In this document: piece by piece, positions 1-14,722 of the stretch | Layout: each line of letters begins with the position of its first letter | Position numbering within the stretch: the first letter of the stretch is position 1 | Assembly (NCBI RefSeq): GCF_009914755.1 | Contig: NC_060928.1 | Length of the DNA: 64,000 nt | Source of the DNA: the human T2T-CHM13v2.0 reference genome, Homo sapiens | Reading direction: 5' to 3' (one strand) | Translations under genes and position numbers: made by a program | The notes under the pieces: model-generated | The model's input: only the letters and a program-made list of their open reading frames with translations | What the model was told of the DNA's origin: nothing | Databases searched by the model: none

Positions 1-329
1 ACAGAGGAGTAAACCTCCCTGATAACTCAAAGTCCCTTCACACTGGGAGTCAAATTTCAGTTAAAAAAGAAAAGGAAGAAATGCGAGAACTTCTTTTTCA
101 CAGCTGTATTAGTTTTTAGAATTTCTTCATACTTACTACTCATAGATTGTCTCACTTAACTCTCAAAGCAATTCATGACATAAGAATTGCTATCCCTTTT
201 ATCTCCTGAATAACTATGATAGCTATATATGGCTTTTGTTTGGAGCCTGAGGTACACAGAGTTAGTTTAATTATAATCCTTGGCTCATGACACACTCTTC
301 TCATTTTTCCAAATTGTCCCTTTTTGTGT

Positions 330-820
330 AGGTAACAATTTTTAGTTGTTTTAATTATACAATAAGCACACATAAGCCCACCATTCAAAATAAAAACTAG
401 GATCTTGACGTACACCTAATTACCTGCCCAATACCATCTCTTTGCTTCCCCTATCCAAATAACCACCACCTCAAATCCTGTCTCATTTGTCCCCCGCATC
501 CTTTTTTTATGGTTTTACTACCTATCTTTATTTTCCTAAAATGTTTATTTTTATTTTTATTCTTTTTAAGTTACAAAAAGGATATCATGCTCTATGTCAA
601 CTTTTGGAACTGACTTTTCATATTTAGTATTATGTGGCTATGTTTCATCCATATTACTGGGTGGGACTGTAATCCATTCATTTGACAGCTATACAATAAT
701 CTATTGTGTGACTGTATCATATTTATTCATCCCCTCCCACAAAGGGCATTTGGTTTGCTTCCAAGTTTTGCTATTATAAACAGTATTGTTAAGAATTTTT
801 TTTTTGTATATGTCTCTTAC
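330..820 (-). mobile_element. Old L1 (L1M/L1ME-type) 3' fragment
   Basis: Reverse-strand L1 3' motifs such as 'gggcatttggtttgcttccaagttttgctattataaaca'; boundaries approximate. Confidence 0.7.
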
Positions 821-2040
821 TGAACATTAGACTCACACCTCTGTTTCCCACTGCTCCACACCCCAGCATTCCACTTTCAGATGAGCATTTCTAACACATG
901 AACCTTGGCTGGAATTCAGGGGAGTTGCACACAGAGGACCTGCTCCATAGAGAGGCCATATGGAAAAGCGATATGATTCTATGAGAGGAAAAGGAAAAAG
1001 TATCAAAATGGAGAGAAAACAATGGTGACCATAAGCAAAAATAAATAAGTTGGCCTCCACCCTGAAATCTATCAGTGTTCTATGATGTGGGCCATGGATT
1101 TGAGAAAAAGCAAAATAAGTTAAAAAGTGAGGCATCTCATAGCCCTGGGGTCTACAGGGGAAGTAGAACAGCCTCAGAAATGAGGGAGCAAGTGTCAGAG
1201 TAGGCAGCTTGGAAAAGCCTAGAGAAAGACCTACAACCAGGCTCTGCAAGCTTGGGCCAGTGTGCTCAAAACCACACTTTTGTTGCCATGGGGAATAAGG
1301 CAATGTTCTCTTTTCTTACACCATCCTCACAATTACCCTTAACAAATTTTAGTCATCTATATTACTATGGTGAGACTATCCATCCCACATTTCAGATATT
1401 TCCAGGAAAGTGGAGGTGGAAAAAACCAGTTTGGCAACACTGCATGAATCTAATTACAGAATAAAATGTCTGTAAGTAATTACTATCATAGATGCGTCAA
1501 AAATAGACCTGAGCCCACCAGTAATTTTTTTCAACATTCTAATTTTCTGTCTTAAGTTCACCCTTAGGCATAAACCAGAAGGCCTCTCATGAGACAGCTC
1601 TTGCTTATCCTTCTAACTTCATCTTCCACCCTATGCTCACAAGGTCCAAATAGTCTAGTTAGAGAGAGCTAATGCTGATCCCTAAAGTCATCATGATTAG
1701 TCGAGCCTCCTCTGTTTATGCCATTCCTACTGTCTAAAATACCCTTTCCCATCTCATCCACTAATTTCTAAGTGGTCTCCAAGAATCATTCCCTTCTTGT
1801 ACCGTTTGCTTTCCCTGTGCCCTTCATTAGTCCCTTAGATCTTTTCTCTCTCCCTTTTTTCCCTCCTCTATATTTCCAACTTCAGTCTAAGGCATACAAA
1901 ACAGGCCACCACATCATAAATATACTCTTAGATTGACCCCAGTCAAATTTGCTTTTCCTCCTATTAGATTTTGTTTCTTTTGTGTGAGGGATATGGTAAA
2001 TGACATCCAGTTGACAATCCACAAAGGTTGATAGAGTAGA

Positions 2041-2499
2041 TGTTGTACAGGCCATACTCTACCCATCTTAACTTGTTGGGACACTCATCTCCCAGATACT
2101 GAGAATAATGTGGACTGATGGCTTATACCTGCCACCTTCTCAGGAAAATCACCCTTGATTGACAGAAAGCACCTTTCCAGAATTTGCCTGGGAGGGAGCT
2201 ATGCCACCCGTTTGCTGTGGTCAGAAAATGACGACACTTTCATACACTGAAGGGGTACGAGATCCCTGCCCCTTCCTTCAATAGGGCAAACACTGCCATC
2301 AAATGGATGCTTCAGCATCTGGAGGGTCAGGCCAAGGCTAGACTTTCCTGAGACCACATCCTTTCTCCATCCTTCCTACTCTGTGTCCTTCTCCCATCAG
2401 TCCCTTACTGCTTTATTCCTGGAGAGAATATCTTCCATAAAGCACATGCACCCAAATCCCTGTGTTAGGCTCTGTGTGTAGGGAATGTGCCTTGAGACA
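2041..2499 (+). mobile_element. ERVL solo LTR (LTR16-like)
   Basis: TG...CA ends, terminal 'ttaggctctgtgtgtagggaatgtgccttgagaca' resembles LTR16 3' end. Confidence 0.55.
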
Positions 2500-2739
2500 A
2501 CTGGTCGTCTTATTTAATTGAGTTTCATTGGATTTTAATAATTTGCAGAAAAGAAGTATTTGGGCTTAAGCCTCTATTACTATAAAATCCCTATTTTACC
2601 ACTATATCAAATATCCCTAATAGTTTGAAAGTTGTGAGCAATAATTATGACATAGAAATATATATAACATTATATGCAACATAATATATATAATAATATG
2701 TATCTGTGCAGTCCTCACCACTTACTAACGGTAAGATAT

Positions 2740-2885
2740 AGGATAACTTTTTTATCCCGAGTCTGGTAAGGGGAGATATACTCATCTGGTAAGGGGAGAT
2801 ATTCGTTCCATATAATCATCAGATGGTTTACAAGAGATAATGCGTAAATTATCCTCCACATAATAAGTGCCCAGTAAATAATTTC
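2740..2885 (+). mobile_element. MIR fragment
   Basis: Degenerate MIR core 'ctcatctggtaaggggagatat...gagataatgcgtaaa...ataataagtgcccagtaaata'; small internal tandem duplication 2762-2802. Confidence 0.5.
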
Positions 2886-3769
2886 CAATAATCAACAGTA
2901 TTGAATAGAACATTTTGATGACAAAGTGTATAGACAGCAGTGCTAAGTAAGACATAAAATAGATAAAGGCAGTTCTCCTATATTTGGCAGGGCATACACT
3001 CAAGGTACAGAAAAGTTAAATGGGATGAAATTTTTATCAATTAGAGCCCCTGGGGGTAATTTGTGTCAGCTTATAGAAAAATATGAGTTTCGAATTTGTG
3101 CACTCATAAATTATAGAGAATAGGCTTATTGTGATTAATGATGTGCTCACCACAGGGTTTATAAACTCATACTTAAGATGATATGTTAGTCTGATTTATT
3201 TAAATCTGGAAAAGAGAAAAAGCTGGAAAAGCCTCCCACACTCAGACCACTGAATTAGACAGATTCTTCCCAGTTGATGTTTGAGTGAGGTCTGGAAAAG
3301 GTGTCTATTTTACTCTCAGTCAGGAAGTTTTCCTCCATTTCAAGCAGGATACTATTCCCGTATACTGCAGGCCAAAGGGAACTGGGTTTTATTTTAAGTA
3401 CACTGCAAAACTATTTCGTTTGTCAAGAGAAAGGAGGCAAGTTATAAAGGGAAAAAGCAGAGAGGCCTGAAACTGTTTTGTCATCTGTAAAACCAAAAAT
3501 CCCTAAACCTTAGTTCCAGTTCCAAAATTCTGCTTTTCTAAATCTTCCCAAAATTTTTTTCCCAACATATAAAAAGTAAAAATAAAAGTTCACTGCTTGA
3601 CTAAGTTTACCTAAAATAAACTATTTCTTCATGCTAATGCTTTTTCCCTACTTTCCCCACACCAGCACCAGAGGAGAATGTGCTGACAGCCTGGCTGGGG
3701 GTGGGGAGGTGGGGTGGCAAAAGAAAGCAACACATAAAGGAAATGGTTCCAAAGGAAAGTTATTCTCAC

Positions 3770-3814
3770 CTCCCGGTGTTGGGATTGCCTTAAGTAAGCA
3801 GCAATAAAGCTCAA
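3770..3814 (-). pseudogene. Exon-like segment, 45 nt (LSFIAAYLRQSQHRE in phase 0)
   Basis: Acceptor tttctgctttctgatag, donor GAG|gtgaga. Confidence 0.45.
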
Positions 3815-4909
3815 CTATCAGAAAGCAGAAATGATTTCTTTGCCTCAAGTGAAACATGGGTAATTTCCGATGACTGAGAATTAATGATTTTTAAGCTACT
3901 GTAGTCTGAAAATATTGTCATTTCAGAGAATAGAACAGCCACAGGAAGTGGACCACACATGGTGTGCCTAGGAAAAAAGAATATAGATTCAGCCTCTGCC
4001 AAAATGTAGAAAAAATTGCCTCTTAGAAAGGTCAATTTGATTTAGAGGGGGTTGATTCAGGTTTTTTTTTCCTTTTTTTTTTTTTTTTTAAAAAAAAAAC
4101 GCTCTGTTTAACATTGCATGGCTCAGTGGAGAACAAAGAGAAATGACATATTTGGTTTTATTTTCCCAGGATATGAAATGCTGTAGCAAACAAAAAACTT
4201 CCAACAAATTTAATCAGGCATTTGAAAGATTGCCCATATTGGAACAATGCATCTCAATATAAATTGGCAAAAATATTTTGATACAACCCTGATAGCTATC
4301 TTCTAAACTAAATAATCATGATGTACCACCCGAGGCTTTTAGAAAAATCCTAAGAAAACTGCAAGAAAAAAAAATGGCTTCAATTTCTGTCTTCGTGTAG
4401 TGTTTCCTTTTTTAGTTTGTTTGGTACTTAAGCATCTTAGTAATTTGTATAAATCCCAGATGATAAAGCAAGATTTTACATGTGAGAGACTCACACAAAA
4501 TGGCAGTTGTAAATAAAATAAACTGTATGTGGAATGTATCTGAGTAGATGGAGGAATTACTGTGTGTCAACAGATGGAGAAGATCTAAAAATCAAATATG
4601 TATAGTATGATAGAAAAGCAGGAGTTAATGGTTGAAACTTTTTTTGTTAAACTGTTTCTTGATCTTGCATGGTTTTCTCAAGAAATCATGATTGTGGTCA
4701 ACTAAATATTCTCTATTATCATTTATTTTGCAAGATTAAGGCCATTGGAATGACCCCTCTCTCAGTCTTCAGCCTACAGTCTGCTCTATTTCCTCTAGGC
4801 ACATATACATACTTATGTATTTTAAAAATAAAAAGTTAATTGAAAAATAAAAATATATATATTTAAATATTAAGATCCCACTTTGAAAAAGCTAAAAGTT
4901 TTTTTCAAT

Positions 4910-5610
4910 AAAACCCACTATTGGCTATGGTACAGGGAAATAGATGCTCATTTCCTACTGGTGATATTTATTGATACAAAATTTTTGGAAGGCAATTGGG
5001 CAAAAGTAAAGCAAACTCTAACTATATCTACTCTGACTCAACAATAATCTCATTTCCAGGAATTTATCCTAGACAAATAAATGTAAAAAAAAAATAGGCA
5101 TTCAAGAATGCCCTTGCAGCACTGGTTGTAATAATAACAAAAATCACAACAATAGCAACATAAGAGCAACAGAAACAGAAAGCTACCTAAATTTCCATCA
5201 TCAGGGAACATATAAATTAGATTTGGAAAAATCTATATGATAGTATATATGCAGTTATTAAACATGATGCAGTGGATCTCTGTCTGCTAATAGAAAACAT
5301 GTCTCCAATATTTATTCTTACATAAACAATAAGCAATGTTTAGAACAGTATATATAGTAAGTACCTCATTTGTGTGTAAGTATATAAAAGGATATGCACG
5401 GAAGTGCATGTGTATGCACATGATGCTTCAGAAAGCCTCGTCTAGACACCATGTTTTGTGATAATCTTTATGAATAGAACTGAGGTGAGGAAGTTGGAGG
5501 ACAGTCTAAGTTGAATGGCTCACTTTATTTTATATATCTTTGTGCTGTTTGTATTATTTGCCATATTATATGAATTTTTTTTATAATACTGCAATAAAAA
5601 GAAAAAAAAG
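4910..5610 (+). mobile_element. Old L1 (L1ME-type) 3' fragment
   Basis: 'ttttggaaggcaattgggcaa', 'ccaggaatttatcctag', 'acctaaatttccatca' and A-rich end. Confidence 0.65.
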
Positions 5611-5639
5611 CCCTTTATTTGTAAGATTTTTGCCCACAC

Positions 5640-6390
5640 ACAGTATGCAGCTTAACCAGTTGATCTGACATTTCACATTTCCTTACCTGAAATAGTTATA
5701 TAATCTTCACATGTAAAAATTCCAGAGGCTTTTTTCCTTTTACATATCATTTGTTAACATGCTGAACAAAAGGTATATCAGCCCTGATCCCTGAGAACCT
5801 CATTGTTTACCTTTTCCAGCAAGAAAGTACCCGTTTATCACTACACATTATTTCCTATTTCTTAGCCAATTTCCTATTCGTGACAAAACATTTTCCCCAG
5901 TTTCATAGTGACACAAGTTTTTCCCAATGACTTTGATACAGAACATTCTTAAAGGCTTTTAAGAAGAAAAATAGATTACATTTTCAGTTTATCCTTCATC
6001 CACAGTCATGTATGAATTTCCTTTAAAGAGACTATCTGATGGGATCAGGTATAATTTCCCCTTGCTAGTGGCATTGCTGTCCTGGGAGTTTAAACATCCA
6101 CTTATCTTATTTTTAATCTTCACTAATTTGACTACCTTCATGAACATGACATAGATTAATGTCTATTTTCACAGTCACTTCTGGGCCCCTTTTCATAGAT
6201 AAATGTTAACTTGATCATCAATGAGCCCTTATAATGTTGTTATCTGCCACTTCAGTTGCCTCATTTTGTTCTCTGACATTTGAACATTGAGCTTCTTCAA
6301 AATTATCAGTATTAGATACCTAATTCTGACCATTTCCATCTAGTTTTTCAATTCGACATAGACGTTTATGTGGAGGAATGAGTGTTAGAC
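5640..6390 (-). mobile_element. L3/CR1 LINE reverse-transcriptase remnant
   Basis: Minus strand encodes degenerate 'VIY(LDF)xKAF' (about 5950-5980) and '(GVP)QGSxL' (about 5780-5800) CR1 RT motifs. Confidence 0.6.
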
Positions 6391-6394
6391 ATTA

Positions 6395-7048
<654 letters not shown>

Positions 7049-7652
7049 CACTTGTCATCTTTCTTCTGGAAAGGAACTGGCCTGTTTATATGCCTATTCT
7101 TTCATGATTCAAACCCTGCTATGTTGCTAATCATGGTTGAGTTCCCTGACCAACTTTCTCTCTCATTAACTCTCTTCCCATTTGCTTTTATCCAAGACCA
7201 GGAGCTCCATGTTTATCAAATCAGTATGGTAACATATCTCTAGTGGTTCTTACAAAAATGGTTTTCACACTTTTCATCCTAGACAATACTTAATTTAAAT
7301 AAATCATTTATAATGATAGCTCAGCAAAAAGGCGCAAGTCTTTTGACCTAAAAGGAATATATTTTTCCTAATATCTGGCTTACTGCCACTAATTTTGTCC
7401 TTATTAAACCAACTTGGTATGGAAATCTTCCCCTAAAATTTTTTGTAGTCCAGTCTTAAGCAAAGAATATGTTCATATATCTTCTGGCAATTATGTAGAA
7501 ATAATCTTTAATGTTTGATTTCTGTATATTGATTAAAAAACTTTACTTCCTCCTTATAGTGGGAAATTGTTTATAGTAATTATTTTTAAACCTATTTTCC
7601 CATGTTTCTTTTACAGAGTGACATGAAAGGAAAACTATTATTATACACTTAC

Positions 7653-7698
7653 ATTTTCATATATTTCTCCAGATAACCAGTCATGTTCCACTCTAGAC
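7653..7698 (-). pseudogene. Exon-like segment, 46 nt (two frames open)
   Basis: Acceptor cctaattag, donor AAT|gtaagt. Confidence 0.35.
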
Positions 7699-7899
7699 CT
7701 AATTAGGCATAGTAGTGATTAAATCATAAGAAAAAGGAAATTCCTGTGTTCGAAATGTACCAAGGTAGATATTATAATAGACAGTATTTAAGCAACAATG
7801 CCCCCGCTAAAATATTTTTCTTTTCCCTCCATTGTATCCCCAATAGTTGCTAATTTCTTCTGTTTTTTTCTTGATCTATACTCCCTGATTTTCCATTCC

Positions 7900-8268
7900 T
7901 TTTCATTCTTCAGTCATCAACCCAATACAGCCTCTGCTCCCTCACACTTGAGACTCTTACAAGCGCCTCCCTTAACTGTTATCCTTCCTTCTTTCTCTTC
8001 CATTTTTAGTTATCTGGCAATGCCTCTGGATTAGTCTTTCAAATGCAGTGCTCTCCTGAGTGACTAATTATTGCCTCCAAGACAAATTATAATGTGATAA
8101 CTAGTGATGTGAAGCCCTCTACATCTACCTATCACACATCTTTCCTGGTTTATTTTGCATTCTTTCTTAAGATCTACCAAGTTCCCAGCTCTGTGTTTAA
8201 CACCTAGAAAGCACTGAATATATATCTGTGAATGAATGAATGAATGAATGAATGAATGAATGAATGAA
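7900..8268 (+). mobile_element. L2 3' end with expanded (TGAA)n tail
   Basis: 'aacacctagaaagcactgaatatatatctg' followed by about 10 TGAA units. Confidence 0.7.
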
Positions 8269-8620
8269 AGTGTTCTGTTTCTTACATACTTTATCCATTC
8301 TACCAGCAACATCTTTACATTTCTTCTATATAGCCAAATCCTAAGCTGCGTATGGGCCTAATGTTGTAAAATTTATAGTGTTCTGTCTACAATGATGTCT
8401 CCTTTCTATGAACCCATGAGCTTCACTTCTTCTTTGGGAAATAAATTCCAGTAGATAAAAGACAGAAGTGATATCCACTAAATTTATTTAGCCTGGAATA
8501 ATATAATATGTATTTAGCTGTTACAATACAAGCAACTAAAATCTGAAATCTGTTATAGGCTCAGAGTTATAGTAACATCACTGATGACCCAAATATCTCT
8601 TTTATGAGTCTATGACTCAC

Positions 8621-8698
8621 CCTCTTGCCAAAAACTTTGGCCAAAAAATACAGAGAAAAAAATCGTTCGAAATTGCTTTCATCAAAAATGTAAATTAT
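8621..8698 (-). pseudogene. Exon-like segment, 78 nt (IIYIFDESNFERFFSLYFLAKVFGKR)
   Basis: Strong donor AGG|gtgagt; acceptor ggcag at 8699 or tttgaaag at 8724. Confidence 0.4.
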
Positions 8699-9226
8699 CT
8701 GCCTGGATTTGTGGGCATTGCAGCTTTCAAATAAAAGTGTGTAGGGATATAAGAAGAATGAGTTCAAAAGAATCTTTAGATGTGTGAAGAAATGTATACT
8801 CTATTCTTTTCCCCCACCCCCAAGGAAATAGTATGCAGCCAAATCTTTTTTTGTGGATAGACTGAGGGGCATGTAAGGGTTTTTTTGTGGATAGACTGGG
8901 GATCAGACATTTTAAGTTTGCTTGGGTTTTAAGTGAGCCATTCAACTCCTGGAGTGTCTCATTTTATAAAGATAATTATATCCTGCTCTTCACATTGAGC
9001 CTGGAAGGAGAGACACTTTACCTTCTGACCTGTGCCTCTCCGAGGTGTTCTGATGTTTGAATGGGGATGGGAATGCAAACTTACTCCAGCTTTCATGCTA
9101 TACCATACAAAATAACTCTCCTCTCTATCAGGATTTAGAAAAATCTAACTTTTAAGCATAACAAACCCCCTTTTCCCGGTTATATAGTATAGGAATGACC
9201 AGGATGCCGTATGAGACATAGAGTAG

Positions 9227-9662
<436 letters not shown>

Positions 9663-10339
9663 ACAGAAAGACTTCTTATAAGGTCAAATATTCAACTGTT
9701 CACAATGTGAATTCCGACCTACCTGTTCAGTCTCATCTCTCACTGCTTTCTCAGTTCATTGTACCAGACTATTTGCATTGCCCCAGGCACTGCATGTGTT
9801 TTATGACTGAGTTTTTCCCATACCATTTCCTCTAAGAATAGTGTCTTTTTCTTGACTGTTTTTGAGCCATTAAAGTGCTAAGCATCTTTCAAGTTTCAAC
9901 CTAATTATCAAATCCTTTGCAAGGCCTTCTTTAATTCTGTTGTCTAAGTAATCACTCTTCCTCTACCTCCTGATATTTTACAAATACTTCTATTATGAAA
10001 TCATGAGAAATACAATATTTTCTTTGGCCCACAGCAATTTGTAGCCTGTTTGTTCAAAGAGCGTGAGGCCACATCCTAACTGTTACAATGGCTCTAAAAG
10101 TTATAGGGTAAAGTCACTGACGTTTTGAAGCAAATATACCATTAGCACTAAATTTTCTTTCACTATTCTTTTTAAACTACTGATAGATTTGCATGACATA
10201 AAATTACCATGCCAAAATAACGCTAAATAATACTGAGCTTGTTGCAATTGTGACCTAAACTCATCACATCTATCTCTTTCTTATACTGCCACATCCATGT
10301 AGCCTGATTCTATCTCCTAAATTCAGTGGCTCAACCAGC

Positions 10340-11080
10340 CTTAAATGATATCTATGATATTATATGAGTATTATGAGATCACAAGGATGAATAAATATAT
10401 TCACTGTTCATGTAGTTCATAGACAATCCAGGAAAAGAATATACATCTAATCCAATACGGTAAGTGCAATCATTGAATCAGAGAGTCCAGAGAGGGGAAT
10501 GGTTAATTCTCTCTGATTTTGAAGATTAGGTAATGGTAAAAAATGAGAGTCAGGGAATATTTCACAGAAGGTAAGGTTCGAACTGGGAAATTTTCCAGGT
10601 GGCAATAGGATAAAAAAACATCCAAGTAGAAGGAATATCATGTACAAGGCTGCAGAGTTTAGTAGCAGCATGGGCTGTTATTCAGTGCCAGGGAAGCTTA
10701 GGAAGCAAGAATGGCACAGCAAGATGTACGGCTGAAGGCATAGGCTGGAGCCACATCACAAGGGCCTGTTCACCAAGCCAAGGAATTCAGACTTTAACTT
10801 TCGATGCTATAGATATCAATCTAATGGTTCTAGGCAGGGGAGTTACATACTTGGCATTGTATTTGGATGATATTGAGGCCAGAGGAAGAGACACCAACCA
10901 GGAGGCCTTGACAGTAATCTAGAAAAAAATTGAAGAGTATCAAAATTTGAATAGAAACAAAGGGGAAGAGAGAAAGGAAAAACGTACTCATTTAAAGGTA
11001 GCAGTACAAGTTCTTAGAATTGGGCTGTTTGTGGGTAGTGCCAGGATGGCCAAGAGAAATCTAGCTTTTTAGTTCAAATG
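10340..11080 (-). mobile_element. L2 fragment
   Basis: Purine-rich degenerate L2 motifs ('ggagccacatcacaagggcct','aaggaattcagactttaa'). Confidence 0.55.
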
Positions 11081-11489
11081 TCTGGTGGTGGCAGAAAAAG
11101 ACCCTACATTCAGCAATGGACAAGCTGTGTTTGAGAAATCCGTATTCACCTTTGATGTGCTCATGCTGATCCCCCAAACGGCTTATTTTTAAAGCCATGC
11201 TGGGGCTGGGGTTAGAAATGATAAGAAGGAGTAGAAGGAAACAAGTCCACATAATCCCTTCATTCATTTGTTCTGATTCCAACATTCAAGCTTTTGGAAT
11301 GATAGGTTTTGAAACCACCAAAATAAACATCTAATATAAAGATAAGGAATAGTTTGCCTTTTATAATCCTGAACATGCTTCTTTCTGGCTCCCAAATGGA
11401 AGTCTGTCCAGTCAGTGCTCCTTCTGTTGAAGGTGGAATAGGGAAGCTGCTATTTGTTAAATGTTAAATCTTACATAAATTGTGCCTTA

Positions 11490-11662
11490 ATTTCTATAAT
11501 AAACCTCCACAAATTGGTATTGTTATTCCAGTTTTACAGATGAGGAACCCAAATCTCAGAAAAGTTTGTAGACATTCTCATAGTCCCCCATCTGGTAAGC
11601 AGTAGAGACTAGGTGTAAATCTACATCTGTCTGATTTCAAAGTTCATGCTTCTTTCATTATA
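11490..11662 (-). mobile_element. MIR
   Basis: 'attccagttttacagatgaggaacccaaatctcagaaaagtt' MIR core, reverse. Confidence 0.8.
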
Positions 11663-11843
11663 CGATGTCAGATGTTGCGTATTTAAAGAATATTTTGGCT
11701 CCAGAAATCAGGATTAGGAAAAGTTGATTATGAGAAAACTAAAGAGCCACCCTGTCCCTTAAGCTATAATATACTCTAAAAATGATTCCTCTACAGAAGC
11801 ATTTCTGTCAAGTGTTCACACTCAATTTCAGAAATGATCACAC

Positions 11844-11884
11844 CTATCTTATTTCATTGAAGAAATCCTGATAATCTGCTGAAG
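11844..11884 (-). pseudogene. Exon-like segment, 41 nt (ASADYQDFFNEIR*)
   Basis: Acceptor tttttttttgtttag; ends TAG|gtgtga. Confidence 0.45.
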
Positions 11885-12258
11885 CTAAACAAAAAAAAAC
11901 TACAAATCAAATGATAAATGATCAATCAGAAAAATGTAATTGTTATGAAAAACCTCTTGCAAATTTTTATGAAGTTACATCCACCAGTTGAGAAGTACTC
12001 CACACACATTTTTTTAATTGGACTGCCAATCAGCCAATACTAACTTCCAGTGCTCCTCAACTCTGGCAATTCTCAGCCCTAAAAGAACTGGGATGACTAA
12101 AGAGGACATATTTCTCTTGGAATCCCTGTATTAAGAAATCAAAATGCCATTTAAATCAAGAATAAACCTACTTAATTGATAGATTACTATATTCCATGCC
12201 TTAATCAGGATTCTCTGTTCATACTAATTCTATCCAGCATAGCACATTGATAACTCAC

Positions 12259-12322
12259 CTTTATTTCTGGGAAACTTCAAAGCAGCCTTCACATACATGG
12301 GAAGACGTGAGGGGTAAAATAA
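12259..12322 (-). pseudogene. Exon-like segment, 64 nt (LFYPSRLPMYVKAALKFPRNK)
   Basis: Acceptor gtttgtccag, consensus donor AAG|gtgagt; only one frame open. Confidence 0.55.
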
Positions 12323-13520
12323 CTGGACAAACGTTTGCATTCCCTTAATAGTTCTAACCACACTACAAAACATATGTCAAAATTTTAAAGAGAACAGAAA
12401 CTTTTAATGCTTTGTGCAATGTACACAGTTCCTGAGCTTTGATGTTTCTATTTCTGCCCTTTATTTGTACAAAATTGTCTGGTTAAAAAAAATCTTTTAT
12501 GTCTCATTACTGACCTGTCAAACATTATTTTAACTTAAAGAATAGGTGATGCCTTGCAGTAAACCTTTAAAAGCCTCTTGTTTAAAAACAATATACCATT
12601 ATACTGTACATATTTAATATGGTTATTTTTTATTACAAGGAACATGTCACTGAGAGAAACTTTAAACATAGGATTTTACATTGGAATGAATGTAGCCACA
12701 TAAGAGTTCAGCCGCTGCTGTCTCTTGGGCTGATGCTGAGTGCCTGGTGTCTCAGGAAGTTCAGAGCCTTTGAAAACCTTAGGGAAGTCAAAGCCATCTC
12801 CACTCCCTTTCAGGCCTCACATTAACACCTCAAATTATTCTCTTTACACCATTTTATAACTTTCACAAATTTCAAGTAATCATTTAACTCCTGAATCATT
12901 TTTTTTTCTTCAGAATGAATTAAACATTTCTTTCAGGTACCATTTCTTTTGACTGCATAAAAATTACTCCCTCTCCACCAACACCACCAACTCCTACATT
13001 TTTTTTTCACTGTTTGGCAAGCATTGACTTGATTTCCCTTCCTTTCCCCCCAACTCCCCTTGCCAGTTTGGTACCCCTCCGGAACAGACTGTTTGAAGTG
13101 TTTCCCAACAGCCTCATTGAGGAGGAGGTAACAATGCACAGAAATGCTGTGTGACTTAGTGAGCTTCAAAGATCTGGACATCAGAGGGAAGGAAGTCGGG
13201 GATCTGCATAAAAGAGGTTTTCTTCATGATTACACTGAAAGGAATTGCTCTGGAGGAAGTGATACATGTTCCCATTCCTGGGGGTAGGGTTATACTGAAA
13301 GGCAGAAGGTAGCAGGAGATACTATAATTGGCCTCCCTTACAAGTGTTTAAAAGCCCCTGCATTATCATCAATGGCACTTTTTCCATTTATATCCTGCAA
13401 TTGTTAGTCATTGTTTCTGAAAACACTGTAGTATTAGCCTTGTATTTTTTGCCATTATGCGAATTACTTCAAATGATGAGCAACCTGTAGACAGTTTTCA
13501 AAGTCAGTCTTGTATTATAC

Positions 13521-13572
13521 CACAGAGGTATCCAATAGCGTCTGCTGAGATGATGCTGAATGAAGGTACTTG
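13521..13572 (-). pseudogene. Exon-like segment, 52 nt (KYLHSASSQQTLLDTSV)
   Basis: Acceptor gttgtttag, weaker donor GTG|gtataa; phase fits both neighbours. Confidence 0.4.
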
Positions 13573-13724
13573 CTAAACAACTCTAAGTTTTTGAATGAAA
13601 GTGCAGTGATTTTTATTAGAAATCACTTTTCTTATTTTATTTTTAGGATTCTGAATAGAATATTCAAAAAGAGAATGTTTAATAACTGTGCCTATATTTG
13701 AGTCATTTTCTCTAGAAGACTTAC

Positions 13725-13806
13725 TGGCTAAATTTCCCTAATTTTCTAACTGTCACAGTTCTTAAGATCTCAGGATAATATTCTCTTACACCCTCTAACT
13801 TTCTAA
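13725..13806 (-). pseudogene. Exon-like segment, 82 nt (VRKLEGVREYYPEILRTVTVRKLGKFS)
   Basis: Donor CCA|gtaagt, acceptor ttatcaaag; open frame. Confidence 0.45.
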
Positions 13807-14598
13807 CTTTGATAACACACATTTCCCAAAAAGAGAAATGTTAAATAAAATCAGGGTCATTGTCTGTGCTTGATCAGATCTGACAACCCCTTTAACTTCC
13901 AGCACCATGGAAGAAGCTTCCAAATCATTCTTGAATATGGTTTACTATTTAATTTTTGAAAATTTCATTTTGAATCTATATTTTTAAAGTTATTGCATTT
14001 TTTTTCAGATGAATGCTACAGTGCAAAGAATACAGTTTGAGAAATTTTAAAACCTGGGTTCTACTCCAGAATCTATTGGGTTACCTTGACCTCTCTTCCC
14101 TCAGGTCTCTCTTTTGTGAAATGAGAAGATTAGACTAAGTTTCTGAGATCTCATTAATCTAGGTTTAACATTTCAAAAATAGAAAAATAAGTAAATCCAT
14201 TAAGTGAAGAACTAACCTCAGAGATGAGAGTAAAATCTAACATATATGCATATTATTGAAAATTTCTGAGGTTAGGCATTGAGTTATTCATTCACTAGTT
14301 CATTCATTAATTCACTTATTCTTTCATTCTTCTGTCATTTTTTGGATATCAGTCTACTTAAGCTCTGAGTCATAAATGTTATTTCTATTCCCAAAGAATT
14401 CACAGTGTTCTAATGAATCATCAGTCTCAGATTTTTTGCTTATATTCACTCCTTTGCCTTAGGTACTACAAATATATTTTTAAGCAATAGTGTTTTTTTT
14501 TTTTACTTCCTACTTGGTAAAAGAGGTTTTGATAAATAAAAACTGACTGATAAAGTAACATGAATTTTTAATATTTGAGACGCTAATTACACCCCTGA

Positions 14599-14722
14599 AT
14601 TTTTTTTTATTTTTTATTTTTTAGAGAGACAGTCTCACTACGTTGTTGCCCAGGCTAATCTCGAACTTCTAGCTTCAAGCAATCCTCCCACCTCAGCATC
14701 CCAAAGCACTGGGATTATAAGT
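14599..14722 (-). mobile_element. FLAM / Alu left monomer
   Basis: Single monomer 'gcccaggctaatctcgaacttctagcttcaagcaatcctcccacctcag...' with T-rich tail. Confidence 0.9.

Noticed and set aside
833-1303. 156-aa minus-strand ORF
   Set aside because: No recognisable domain or clear splice context; composition looks like translated non-coding DNA.
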